Shown here one piece after another: positions 1 through 11,799 of a stretch of 64,000 nucleotides of DNA (position 1 is the stretch's first letter; each line of letters starts with the position of its first letter). This DNA is from Octopus vulgaris (taxonomy: Eukaryota). Where the stretch lies: the NCBI GenBank assembly GCA_951406725.2, contig OX597822.1:38564001-38628000 (forward strand), in the 5' to 3' direction. A program made the position numbers and the translations under genes. The notes beneath the pieces were generated by a model, which ran no database searches, was not told the origin of the DNA, and saw only the letters and a list, made by a program, of their open reading frames with translations.

Positions 1-15
1 GTTAAATGAACTTGA

Positions 16-237
16 CCCTTTTGTTACCATATTTCTTTTGAGGTGTTCTGTGTTTCTTTCAATTAAGTTTAAATTTAACAAAGAATTTAGTAAAATAACT
101 TAGTTATCATTAAGCTAATGTTAGGAACATAAATTGTTACTAAGGTTTGGTGGAAGATTTTAATTCAAAACTTTCGAAAACAAGACATTTGTGCTACAGA
201 GCCAGAGGCGGTTTCAGCCGGGTTGGTATCAAAAGGG
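16..237. mobile_element. piggyBac-type MITE, copy 1 of a tandem pair
   Basis: Termini CCCTTTTGTTACCA ... TGGTATCAAAAGGG are inverted repeats; flanks TTGA/TTCA look like decayed TTAA; the body closely matches 258-479. Confidence 0.75.
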
Positions 238-257
238 TTCAATCAATCATTTGTTAA

Positions 258-479
258 CCCTTTAGTTACCATATTTCTGTTGAGATGCTCTGTGTTTCTT
301 TCAATTAATTTTTAAAATAGCAAAGAATTTAGTAAAATAACTTAGTTAACATTAAGCTAGTGTTAGGAACACAAATTGTGACTAAGGTTTGGTGGAAGAT
401 TATAATTCAAAACTTATGAAAACAAGACATTTGTACTACAGAGCCACAGGCAGTTTCAGCCAGGTTGGTACTGAAAGGG
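258..479. mobile_element. piggyBac-type MITE, copy 2 of a tandem pair
   Basis: TTAA|CCCTTTAGTTACCA ... TGGTACTGAAAGGG|TTAA: CCC/GGG termini, terminal inverted repeat and TTAA target duplication typical of piggyBac. Confidence 0.85.
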
Positions 480-1671
480 TTAAACTACACACCCAAGCCT
501 ACATCTATAATAATAACTGTTTCAAACATAGCTAGAGAGGCTGAGATTTAGAGGAAAGATGTTAGTTGATTAAATTGTCTCAGGACTTGACTTACTTTAT
601 CAACCTCAAAAGATGAAAGGTAAAATAAACCTTGGCAGCATTTGATCTCAGAACATAGAGAGCTGGAAAAAATACAGTGAGGCTCCAGCTGTTCTGCCAA
701 TTCCCCACTTTTACAAGAGGGGTCTAGTGCCACATATTCTGGTGGCATGGGTAGGACAGGGAGGGGTGGGAGACAGGTGCCACATATATTACTGGTATCT
801 TACTCAATCAATTCCATTCTTCCACTGGAAGGGTGAAAGGCAGAGTCAAAGCTGGCAAAGACAATCAGTTTACATGCATGCCACCGTGGTCTTAACACAC
901 CTGGGTAATGATTACACTTTTAGATGTGTGGGTCTGTGTGGGAGTGTATTTAGAGGAAAAGGGGAGAGAGAGAGAGAGAGAGAAAAAGAGAGCCTTTTCA
1001 TTGCTGTGTGTGTGTGTATGCTAAAAGACTTTAGTATCTGTAACACCATACTGCAAAATGCGTAAGTGCGTGTGTGTTTGTATGCGTGTGCATATGGTCT
1101 CCCACACTCATACGTTCACTTCCACCATACAACAGTAGATCAAAGACTCCTCAAGCCTCTCCAGTGGGAATTCAACAAATGTTCCTCCCTCCCACTCACC
1201 TCGACAAAACAAAAAAAAAAATCTCTTTGGTTTCCTGTTCTTTGATAGGAATGAAGTGGTGGTGGTGGTAGTAGCAAATGTGGGGGATGGCTAAACTACA
1301 ATTTTGCTTTTAGCCGCCGCCACTGCCACCACCACACTACAATGCACACACACACACACAAACACATAATACCATTTTCATAACCTGACATTATAATCTC
1401 CAGCATCACCACCACGACCACCACCACCACCTAAAAATTATTGCTCTCACTTTCTCATCCCTTCTCTCCCTCTCTCTCTTTGCCTGAAGAGGATACAGTA
1501 ACGAGAGAGATGAGGTGAAATAATTTAACACAGATAAAAAAAAAATTAGCTCACAGTAGTAGACCCACACAATTCCTTCTAGTACTGAAAACAGCTCCCC
1601 TTTAAGGACAGAATAATTATGTCTCCTTCAACGACACAAAGATGCATTCACTAAACAGATACATTATAGAG

Positions 1672-1905
1672 CTTTCTTTTATTTGTTTTGGTTATTGGAC
1701 TGTGGCCATGCTGGTGCACTGCACTGAAGGGTTTTAGTTGAATGGGTCAACTCCACTAATTATTTTGACAAGCCTCGCATTTACTATATTGTTTCTCTTT
1801 TGCCAAACTGCTAAGTTACAGCGATGTAAACAAACCAACACTGGTTGTCAGCTAGTGGTGGTGGATAAACACAATTACACACACACACAATAGGCTTATT
1901 TCAAT
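1672..1905 (-). mobile_element. SINE family B, 3' part
   Basis: Reverse complement matches the family B tail (GACAACCAGTGTTGG...TAACTTAGCAGTTTGGCAAAAGAG...CCAGCATGGCCACAGTC) seen at 14020-14190. Confidence 0.75.
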
Positions 1906-2108
1906 TTATTATTTCTTCATTGCCCACAAGGGGCTGAACATAGAGGTGACAAACAAGGACAGACAAAGGGATTAAGTCGATTACATCAACCCCAGTGCGC
2001 AACTGGCACTTAATTTATCGACCCTGAAAGGATGAAAGGCAAAGTCAACCTTGGCGGAATTTGAACTCAGAACGTAAAGACAGACGAAATACCGCTAAGC
2101 ATTTCACC
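1906..2108 (-). mobile_element. SINE family A, long-tail variant
   Basis: Contains the reverse complement of the family A core GAGTTCAAATTCCGCCAAGGTTGACTTTGCCTTTCATCCTTTCAGGGTCGATAAATTAAGT; tail matches 10600-10668. Confidence 0.85.
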
Positions 2109-2109
2109 T

Positions 2110-2600
2110 TGCTCTGTGATCTCATCAACACCTGGTGTGTAATGCACTGTGAACATGCTCAGGTAACATGAATTTTGATGGATGGAATGCGCTAATGTAC
2201 AGCGCATACATTTGATCTCTATAAACAAATCGTTCATGCAGATTACTCGGCAAGAACCGTCTTTCTTGGACTTTGAGAGACTACCAGCGTGTGTGTGTTC
2301 CTATCTCTTTGCCTTGATATTATGTGGTAGTTGTGAGTTTAACAGTCATCTACAACTGTTATGCAAACGTTGAGCTTTTGTTTCCAATCTTCTACGAAAA
2401 ACATATCTGGTCATTGGGAAATATCGCCATACTTGGTAACAGGCTGAAGGTTGGTGACAGGGCAAGCAACCGGCCGTAATAAATCTGCCTCAACAAATTC
2501 TGTCCAACCCATGCAAGCAAGGAAAACGGGACATCGTAATGATGATGATGAGGATGATGATAATGATAATGATGATGATGATGGTGATGGTGATGGTGAT
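2110..2600 (+). mobile_element. Composite SINE-like remnant ending in the RTE-type tail CCAACCCATGCAAGC...(GAT)n
   Basis: 2110-2255 resembles 58505-58650; the 3' end shares the CCAACCCATGC-AGC motif plus (GAT)n tail with the RTE 3' end at 63320-63368. Confidence 0.55.
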
Positions 2601-2884
2601 AATATCTCATACAGACAAGAGGAACAGATGAGAGGGTAACATTGCTGAAATCTTAGACATTCCGTAATGAGGCTAGAAACTAGAACTGAGCAGACAAAGT
2701 TGGGCTTATATTATTGAGACAGTCAGGTGGTGAAGGGTAGCATGGTTTGACCTGTGTGATTAGTGTGGGGTGGGTATCAGAAAGGAGATAAGATCTAATC
2801 CTAGGCCTCACTGATATCTTTTAGTAGTGATCTCCATAAATGACATACAGCTGGAGGACAGACGCTGGAACTAATTATATAATA

Positions 2885-3182
2885 TTGTGTGTTGAGTCTG
2901 TATGTGTGTGTGTGTTTGTGTAGATGTATGTGTATATATGCATATATATATATTTGTATGTATACACACACACACACACACGCATATTATAGATATACAC
3001 ATACATTCACATATATTTATATATGTACACACATACATGTGTGTGTATATATATATACACATATATACATACATATACACATATATACATATACACACAT
3101 ATATATACATGTATATACATATATACATGTATATACATATATACAAACAAATATAAATATATGCATATATATATATATATAC

Positions 3183-3214
<32 letters not shown>

Positions 3215-3415
3215 GTATATATGCATATATATATGTGTATATATATATATCTAAATATATATCTATATCTATAATCTCTATCTATTTGTATATATATATA
3301 TATTTGTATATATATACATATATATATATGTGTGTGTGTGTGTGTATATATATATACATATATATAATTACGCACACACATATATATATATAGATGCATA
3401 CATACACAAACACAT
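2885..3415. repeat. Compound (TG)/(TA)/(CA)/(TACA) microsatellite field
   Basis: Directly visible; source of many spurious Y/I/H/T/C/V-rich ORFs. Confidence 0.95.
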
Positions 3416-4007
3416 GTAACAGTGGCTGAATGTCAGTCAGTTCTGACAAGAGTCTTTACAAAAGGTCTCTTCATCCATATAACTCAGCAGGAATGACGTC
3501 ATTAAGGTGGGTGGTGGTAGTGGTGGCTGGTCAGTGAGGCAGCAGTCAGCTATCCTGTACTGGCATGGTGCAATAGCGGTGGGGGAAGGGTGGCAAGAAG
3601 TAGCTTGATTGATGGTAATGGTAGTGGGGACAGATCAGATCAAGCACTCCCCCCACCCCATAAACACATCCTTACACAGTGTACAGATGGGACTGATGTG
3701 TTGGGTTATCAAAGCTGCACAGATGTGTGTGTGTGTGTGCATGCATGCATGCAGCAGTGCACATGGCAAATGTAGAGAATGTTGTTGTCATTGCTTATCC
3801 AGTTTGCACATCACATCTTCTGTGACCCCTACGATCCCAGACTGACTGTGGTACTAATCATCTCATGTAGAGTACCCTCATGGGGACAGCTGTAGTTAAC
3901 CAAACAAAACATTTGGCCAACAGTTTGTCCAACTGACCCTCAGCAGTGGTGTGGCTACATCAGTAGAAGGTCAGACGAAAATGCCTTGCAATATTTATTA
4001 ATGATTG

Positions 4008-4220
4008 GGTGGCAAGTGGGTAGAAAAATTAGCATGCTGAGCGAAATGCTTAGAGGTATTTTGTCTGTCTTTACGTTCTGAGTTCAAAACTCCACCGAGG
4101 TCAACTTTGCCTTTCATCCTTTCAGGGTCAATAAATTAAGTACCAGTTACGCACTGTGGTCAATCTAATTAACTGGCCTCCTCCCCCAAAATTTCAGGCC
4201 TTGTATAAAAAGAATATTTA
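4008..4220 (+). mobile_element. SINE family A
   Basis: B-box-like GAGTTCAAA followed by the core GAGGTCAACTTTGCCTTTCATCCTTTCAGGGTCAATAAATTAAGTACCAG. Confidence 0.85.
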
Positions 4221-4644
4221 GTAATGACTCTAAACAGTCTGAGTTCAAGTCTTGCTTAAGACTAACTTCACCTTTCATCCTTCTGAGATCACTAAAATAA
4301 GCACCAGTTATGCACTGAGATCAAATTGATTATATCTCATTACCAAAACCTGCAAACATGTCCAATCAATATTTTATATGACCCCTGCTGTAATCAGCCT
4401 ATCAACCTCCCTAGTGTTTGTGGCATGACGAAATACATCTAGTGTACTATATAAGGTAGTTGGTGTTAGGAAGGACATCCATGTATAGAAACCAAGCCCA
4501 AAATGAAACATATAAGTGAGATGTGGTCCCCAATTCATTTTTGGAGAGTAGCAGCTCCAAATAAGAACAGATCTAGACCAAGATAACCTATGTAAGACAA
4601 TTATTAAGATATGCAGATACATATGTATATGTATAATAATAATG

Positions 4645-4855
4645 GCTTTAAATTTTGTTACAAGGGCAGCCATTTTGGGGGAGGGGATGAGTCGATTACA
4701 TCGACCCCAGTGTTTCACTGGTACTCAATTTATTGACCCTGAAAGGATGAAAGGCAAAGTGAACCTCGGTGGAATTTGAACTCAGATTGGAGCGACGGGC
4801 GAAATACTGCTAAGCATTTTGTCCAACGTGCTAATGATTCTGCCAGCTCACCACC

Positions 4856-4857
<2 letters not shown>
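4645..4857 (-). mobile_element. SINE family A
   Basis: Reverse complement begins GGTGGTGAGCTGGCAGAATCATTAGCAC and carries the same core. Confidence 0.85.
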
Positions 4858-4888
<31 letters not shown>

Positions 4889-4929
4889 TATATAAGTTAT
4901 GGGTTAGAAAGGAAGTAAACATCTTGGAA

Positions 4930-5570
4930 GAAGCATTTGCACTGGACAACGGATGGACCAGGTTTATCATATTCTTGCTTGCTGATCCACATCTACTGGA
5001 AGGTGGAAAGAGAAGCACAAAAATGGAGAGCATATACACTCAAGGATAGCCATAATTTTTACCTTCATGGCACTGAGAACCAAGCCCATAAACCTTCCAA
5101 TACATAATGGTGATAACTTGGCCTTCAAGCAATTCACAACTCTTTTCAAGATGTGAAGAAAGAGTGGTAGCCATTTTTTGCTCAAAGTCAAGAGCAACAT
5201 AGCATAATTCCTCCTTGGTGTCTGTTCGTTTATTCTGTCTTCTATAACCATGTCTGGTCGTCTTCCTGCCATAATAGTATGGTCAATCTTTATGGTGAAG
5301 TCCTACAAGATCTTGTAACACTCATTTTCTATCACAACCTCTGTTCATTTCACTTTTCTGTTGTTTTGAAGCTACATACTTGACCAATATCCCGATGCAC
5401 TCACTTGGTGGCTGTGGTGAATGTGTAACTGTACTAAGTAGGGATCTTCATGAAATAGTAACATCACAAATAGGCAAGTACAACTGGAGGATGACATGGG
5501 GAACAAATGGAAACAATGTGGGCGATACCATCGCTAGAGTCAAGAACAATACCAGTGGGACGATTAGAAA
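4930..5570 (-). pseudogene. act: Actin pseudogene (C-terminal ~60%), with stops, frameshifts, deletions and an inserted LINE fragment
   Basis: Minus-strand translations in changing frames: SNRPTGIVLDSSDGIAHIVSI; PHVILQLYLPICDVT; YFMKIPT*YSYTFTT; [39 protein letters not shown]; [12 protein letters not shown]; [28 protein letters not shown]. These are colinear with actin SGRTTGIVLDSGDGV...[17 protein letters not shown]...[29 protein letters not shown]. Confidence 0.93.
5223..5400 (-). mobile_element. R4/Dong-like non-LTR retrotransposon fragment (restriction-like endonuclease region) inside the actin pseudogene
   Basis: Minus translation VHRDIGQVCSFKTTEK*NE / [35 protein letters not shown] matches the HW..C......KWYEH.PE.V.EN...KILWDF.I.TD..I.ARRPD.V motif of RLE-type LINEs. 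Confidence 0.75.
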
Positions 5571-5587
5571 AGGAGCATTCAATACAT

Positions 5588-5850
5588 CAGTGGTTCCCAA
5601 AGTGGAAAGTTCCAAGGGGGCATTGAAGAAAGGTGGGGTGACAATGGGGTAGCGATTCATGGAAAAATTGGGATGATAATGGGGTATCGATTCATGGAAA
5701 AACAACAAAGTAATGGGTTCATTAGGTTAAGTTTTATTTGTGAAATACAGTTTGCTTCAGAAAGTGGCTAGTTGGGGTGGGGGTACTAGGAATGTGGCCT
5801 GGATGTTGAGGGGGGGAGGGGGGGCAACCCGAAAATGTTCGGAACCACTG
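5588..5850. mobile_element. hAT-type MITE
   Basis: TIR CAGTGGTTCC ... GGAACCACTG with a perfect 8-bp target duplication CAATACAT (5580-5587, 5851-5858). Confidence 0.9.
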
Positions 5851-5874
5851 CAATACATTCTCTAGTGTAGAATG

Positions 5875-6085
5875 GCAATTTGGCAGATTTGTTAGCGTAC
5901 TGGACAAAATGCTTTGCAGATTTTCGTCTGTGTTTATGCTCTGAATTCAAATCTGCTGAGGTTGACTATGTCTTTCATCCTTTCAGGGTTGATAAAATAA
6001 GTACCAGTTGAGCGTGGGAGTCAATGAAATCCACTTACCCCACCAAAAACAATTGCTGGTCTTGTGCCAAAATTTAAAACCAATA
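5875..6085 (+). mobile_element. SINE family A (diverged)
   Basis: Core GAGGTTGACTATGTCTTTCATCCTTTCAGGGTTGATAAAATAAGTACCAG. Confidence 0.75.
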
Positions 6086-6199
6086 TAGTCTCTGGAGTCT
6101 CTATAATTATAATCAAACATTTAATACTCCAACATACTGCATATACAGATGTAAAGTATATCTGTGATCTCTCAGAACCAATATATATGCATGCATGTA

Positions 6200-6241
<42 letters not shown>

Positions 6242-7689
6242 TATGTATATGTGTGTGTGTCTGTATCAATATGATAAATAGCTAAGCAGTTTGTTAACGC
6301 AGGACAGCAGAGCATCATGGGGAAATTAGATAGATATCAATAGAATCAGTTCCTTGCATGGCCACCCCATGAGATGTCTAATTAGTGGTGGTGGGAGGAC
6401 AAGGGTGTGGTGGATAGGGTAGCAGTAGTGGTATGTGGCAGTGGTAGTGATAGTAAAGAATGAAATCCGCTTTCAAGGAATGATATTTGGCATAATTGAC
6501 AGGAAGGCGCCATTTTGGAATTCATATCTGTGATCAAACATTCAGAGTTTGAGTGCATAATACACAGTTATACAGTTATGTATGCTTATGTTCAGCATCA
6601 ATATTTTATACACACACACACACACACACACACAGAGTTCAACATAATACTATAAACATACATGCACACACAAACTTACATACATACATACACAGATATA
6701 CATTACACACATGCTGGCGTTCCAGGACTGGTCCCTCAGCAGGGGCAATGTTACCTAAACTAACCACAGGATGATCCCTAATCTGCGTTTGATAGAGTCA
6801 GTCCTGACAGCTTAGCTTAGTGTTGAATTCACTTTTTCTACAATGTAACAGTCTGACTGAAGTGACAGGCTATTAAATCAAATTGGTCCAGGTTCTTTAC
6901 TCTCAAATGCCACTATCCACCATCATACTGTAACCAATACTATTCATTGCAACATGCTGGAGCTTGCAGTATCTGCAGGAGCAGAGAAATAGACTGGAGT
7001 GTGGAGAGAGTGAAACACTGCTCTTCACCACACCCCATGTCAGAGTGCAGTGTGGTCCTCTCTGAGAAAAGAGCTGATATAACTGGGAATATGACCTGTG
7101 GATCATGCCTAGTTGTTCAAATGACTACGTCTGTGTCCCGATTTCACTTGAACTAAACTGACCAGGGGGCAACACAATATTTCCTGTAGTACACTATCAC
7201 TATACAGTTGCTATACTACACATACACAAATATACATACATATGTACCAAGCATGTGCCGTCAGTAATTACTCAGTTGGTGACATTTATGTAGTAAAGCA
7301 CACACAAAAAAAAAATTTAAAAAATAAGCGAAACAGGCACGTGACCGAATTGGAGGTTTTATAGTACGTAAAGAAAACGTTGTTGTAGGAATGTACGCAC
7401 CACATGTACTACAGCAATACTATGCATAGCTTTAATACTGAGATTGAAAGGGAGGGGCGAATTATGCCTACCTAATCTACAAAAAAATAAAATATTTTGT
7501 ATTTTAAGCATAGTAATTAGATTAACCTTCACAATTTTGTTGAAGTAGGTGCATATTTTGCCATAAAAAGAAAATATTGCTATCGATCTATTTTATTCAG
7601 GGTAGGCACTGCCTACCTTGCCTACCCAGGTGGCATGTCCCTGATACGTACGTACGTATGTATGTGTGTTTGTTGGTTAGTGCACACTA

Positions 7690-7918
7690 CTCCATAAGTG
7701 GCATAGGGCTGGTTTCCCGGTTTCTCTGGCGTGCATATTCCTCCCAGGACAGAACCCGGCCTGTCATAGGATTATCATTATTGCCAGCTGAGTGGACTGG
7801 AGCAAATTGAAATGAAGTGTTTTGCTCAAGGACTCAACACATTGCCTGGTCCAGGAATTTAAGCCACAACCTTATGATTGTGAGTCCAGCACTCAAACCA
7901 CTAAGCCATGCATCTCCA
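7690..7918 (-). mobile_element. tRNA-derived SINE family D
   Basis: Reverse complement has A-box TGGCTTAGTGGTT and body CTTGAGCAAAACACTTCATTTCA...GCTCCAGTCCACTCAGCTGGCAA, shared with 10076-10400, 35476-35750 and 52790-53025. Confidence 0.7.
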
Positions 7919-7970
7919 TATGTACATATATACATAGATATGTATGTGTGTATGTATTTATGTATGTATG

Positions 7971-8257
7971 CAGGGCTGTGGAGTCGAAACAAAAAACTTT
8001 GACTCTGACTCCTCTACTGTTGACACTTCTGACTCTGATTCCGACTCCTCTTTATGTAATTAAGTGATTGTAGTCTACATATCTCATAAAGCATATGCAT
8101 ACTCTTGTACTTTGAGTAGGCCTATGTGTTATAACTGGTTTATAGTAAAGAATAAAGATATTGTGAGTCAGAGTCGGTATAGTTTTACTGACTCCGACTC
8201 CAGCTATCCCTTAACTGTTTCTGACTCCGACTCCATGACTCTGACTCCACAGCCCTG
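7971..8257. mobile_element. hAT-type MITE with GACTCY hexamer subterminal repeats
   Basis: TIR CAGGGCTGTGGAGTC ... GACTCCACAGCCCTG; 8-bp flanks TATGTATG on both sides. Confidence 0.85.
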
Positions 8258-8337
8258 TATGTATGTATGAATGATAATTTAATATACACAGAATTTAAAT
8301 GCAAGTTGTTCTCTGCTTCATTTTGAGCCTGTCATAT

Positions 8338-8545
8338 ATTCTTTTCTACTTTAGGCACAAAGCCCGAAATTTTGGGGGATGGAGCCAGTCGATTAGATCA
8401 ACCTCAGTATGCAACTGGTACTTAATTTATCGACCCTGAAAGGATGAAAGGCAAAGTTGACCTCAGTGAAATTTGAACTCAGAACATAAAAACAGATGAA
8501 ATACAGCTAAGCATTTCTCTGGGCATGCTAACGTTTCTGCCAGGA
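8338..8545 (-). mobile_element. SINE family A
   Basis: Reverse complement of the family A core and of the tail GTGCCTAAAGTAGAAAAGAAT. Confidence 0.85.
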
Positions 8546-8845
8546 GCCTGTCATATATTGTAGCATTTGTTGCTAGTATAGGGTTAATAGCTACTTAGTA
8601 ATAGTGGGTAGGGATATAGAAATAACTCAGAAGGTGAATGAGTACATTGTAAGACCCCTTTGGGAGTGATGGTCCCTTAACTGTTGTCAGAACATCTGTC
8701 TAGGAGAGGAGTAGGTAGGAATTCCTTAACTGTGGTGTGTATAACTTCTCTGCTCTGCCTTGCTATCTTGTGGGGTGAGTCCACAAAGACAAGTGGTAGG
8801 GGAGCACACCCTGAGGGAAAAACAAGGTGTGGCAGTCAGCTTTAA

Positions 8846-9066
8846 CCCTTTAGCATTTAAACCAGACATATCTGGCCAAATAATTCAACCTGTTTTATGT
8901 TCTCGGTGACTAGATCTGGCCTCTTTCACCTATCCTACAATGCCATTCTAAGAATATACAATCACATTGTTCAAATATCAAAATCTGTGAGAAAATGTAT
9001 GATTAATTGAAAACAATGTGAATAAATAAGCTTTACATTTGACTGAAGAATCTAAATGCTGAAGGT
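8846..9066. mobile_element. piggyBac-type MITE, second family
   Basis: TTAA|CCCTTTAGCATTTAAA ... TCTAAATGCTGAAGG; homologous to 27032-27258. Confidence 0.75.
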
Positions 9067-9203
9067 AGTTTCTAACAGACTGGATTTCCAGTAGCCTCCA
9101 GCAGCTGGGAGAGGAAGTCCTTGTCATCTTGGATCACTGTTGTCACTGGATCTATCTCAGTAGAGATAGTGATACAGGGAAATGTGCTCCCACCTCTTTA
9201 TAT

Positions 9204-9315
9204 TAAAGAATAAATATATTGTGAGTCGGAGTCTGTATAGTTTTACCGACTCCGACTCCAGCTACCCCTTAACTGTTTCTGACTCCGACTCTACAACTCT
9301 GACTCCACAGCCCTG
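9204..9315 (+). mobile_element. 3' half copy of the hAT MITE at 7971-8257
   Basis: Near-identical to 8146-8257 and followed by the same TATGTATGTAT flank. Confidence 0.8.
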
Positions 9316-10075
9316 TATGTATGTATAAATATCTTTGCATAGATATCTGTTCCTGCTAAATGGATTATAAGTCTTGGGTAAGAGGAGTGTTCATTGTTGT
9401 TAAGGCAGTCGGAGTATCACATGTTTCCGTGAGGATGAAATGCTCTCATTTCCATTGCTTCTTTGTATAAGAGCATATAGTAGGGTGTAGCTTAGACAAT
9501 GGTAGCAATAAAGACTCTCTGGTTGCTTGCATAGCTTCATCCTCTGCTGTTTGTTAACAAGCAGAGACATGAAAGGATCAACAGTAAAACAATAACATGG
9601 GTTGTGATGTACAGACACCCAAGTATCCACTGATAACAAAGAAGATAGCCATCATCAATTGTGATGGCCAATCATAAACATAGTAAACTGTGTAATAGGT
9701 TATCAACATGGCAGAATGGTTCACAAGTTTGCTTTGTAATCATGATATTTTGAGTTCGATCCCACATTGCAGTAGCTTGGGTATGAATTTTTATATTTAA
9801 GTAGCTTGAGGTCAACCTAAGCCCTGTGAGCAAATCAGGATCAACAGAAACTGTGTGGAAGCCCATTGAATGCAATAAATCTGTCATTGAAATGGTCACA
9901 CTTGTCATTCACAAAGCCATGTCGATTCTATTTCACGATTACCCTGAGGGTAGACATGACTGTGGAATACTCGGCTCAGTTACACTTTTAATAAAATGAG
10001 TCAATATTTTCATGGATCAAACAAGTCAGATATTCCCTGTTGATCCTTCAGTGTAGTATTGTGTAAAATGTGTAT

Positions 10076-10400
10076 GTGAAGGTGCAAGGCCTACTAGCTA
10101 GGGTATTCAGCCCATGATCATAAGGCCATGAGTTCGATTCCTGGCAACACTTTGTGTTCTTGAGCAAGACACTTTATTTTTCATTGCTCCAGTTCACTCA
10201 GCTGGCAAAAATGAGATGTACCAGTATTTCAAAGAGCCAACCATGTCACATTTGGTGTGTCACACTCTGAATCTTCTTGAGAATTACATTAAGTGTATGC
10301 ATGTCTGTGGAGTACTCAGCCACTGGCACATTAATTTCACAAGCAGGCAGTTCTGTTGATCAAATCATCAGGAACCCTTGTCATTGCACTCAACGGAAAG
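10076..10400 (+). mobile_element. tRNA-derived SINE family D
   Basis: B-box GAGTTCGATTCC, then TTCTTGAGCAAGACACTTTATTT...GCTCCAGTTCACTCAGCTGGCAAAAATGAG. Confidence 0.75.
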
Positions 10401-10436
10401 CTAAGTTAGTGTTTGTATGGTATAGTATGGCATAAA

Positions 10437-10668
10437 GTGGCGAACTGGCAGAATCGTTAGCATGCCAGGCGAAATGCTTAGCGGTATTTCGTCTGCTGTT
10501 ACGTTCTGAGTTCAAATTCCGCCGAGGTCGACTTTGCCTTTCATCCTTTCGGGGTTGATAAATTAAGTACCAGTTATGTACTGGGGTCAATGTAATCAAC
10601 TTAATCCATTTGTCTGTCCTTGTTTGTCCCCTCTGTGTTTAGCCCCTTGTGGGCAGTAAAGAAATAGG
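10437..10668 (+). mobile_element. SINE family A, young long-tail copy
   Basis: CpG-rich, near-consensus GGCGAACTGGCAGAATCGTTAGC...GAGTTCAAATTCCGCCGAGGTCGACTTTGCCTTTCATCCTTTCGGGG...GCCCCTTGTGGGCAGTAAAGAAATAG. Confidence 0.9.
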
Positions 10669-10869
10669 TATAGTATGGCACAGTGTATGTCAAGGAATAT
10701 GGTATAATTATGTACAGAATAGCATATGCTGTAGTATGGCATAGAGTGTATGATGTAGTATGGCATGGTTTTAAATGGTATGGAGTGTGTGTGTGGTATA
10801 GTATGTTACAGTGTGTGTGTGTGGCGTAGTAAAAGTGTATGATGGGGAATAAAACAGGTTTTGGTGATT

Positions 10870-11555
10870 AGTGTATGTGTGTATATATGTATGTATGTAT
10901 ATGTGAGTGTGTATGTACATATGTATAAGTGAGTGTGTGTGTGGATTATGCGCATGTGTGTGTGTATGATAAGGTGATTAGTGGAAGATATTTCTGCAGC
11001 TGAGACACAGAACTAAACAAACATACGCATATATACATACGCACATACTTTTGTATATGTGTATGTGTGTGTGTTTGTGTATATGTGTGTGGATATACAT
11101 ATTGTACATATGAGATTGTGTATGTATGTATGTATGTATGTATGTGTGTGTATGTATATATATGTATGTATGAGTGAGTGTGTGTGGATATATGTGCATG
11201 TGTGTGTTTGTGTATGTATGTGTGTATATGTGCACGTGTATATATGCAAGTGTGTATGTATGAGTGTGTGTGTGTGGATATATATGTGCATGTGTGTGTT
11301 TATGTATGTGTGTATGTATGTATGTATGCATGTATGTATGTGCATGTGTGTATATGTGTGTATGTATGTATATATATGCGAGTGTGTATGTATGTGTGTA
11401 TGAGTGTGTGTGTGTGTGTGCATGTATATATGCAAGTGTGTACATGGATACATATATGTGCATGTGTGTGTTTGTGCATGTATGTGTATGTGCATGTATG
11501 TATATAGGTGAGTGTGTGTATGTGTGTATATATGTGTGTGTATGCATGTATGCAC
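10870..11555. repeat. Compound (TG)/(TATG) microsatellite field
   Basis: Directly visible; gives the 211-aa and 192-aa H/T/Y/I artefact ORFs. Confidence 0.95.
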
Positions 11556-11799
11556 AACCCCCCTCCCCTCCACAGTAGTATACAGCTGCAACGTTCACAC
11601 ACCTACCACACACTCACTAAATTTCAGCATCAAATTTCAATTTTTTATAACACATCAATACATATTCATATCTCAACACAGACACACTTCAACATACACA
11701 TACACACACCACTAATTCCTGTTAAATACTTTTTTTTTCTTTTTTTCAGAGAAGCCCTGAACTGATTGGTGTGAAAATATTGGCGAGGGTGGAGTTGGG

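Noticed and set aside
2871-3399. Stack of 60-130 aa ORFs rich in Y/I/H/T/C/V (also at 10978-11613, 26215-26622, 33374-33707, 51615-51937, 61818-62203)
   Set aside because: Translations of dinucleotide and tetranucleotide microsatellites that lack stop codons.
9380-9660. Possible RTE endonuclease remnant on the minus strand (ATIV...Y.PT-like)
   Set aside because: Too degenerate to support by eye.
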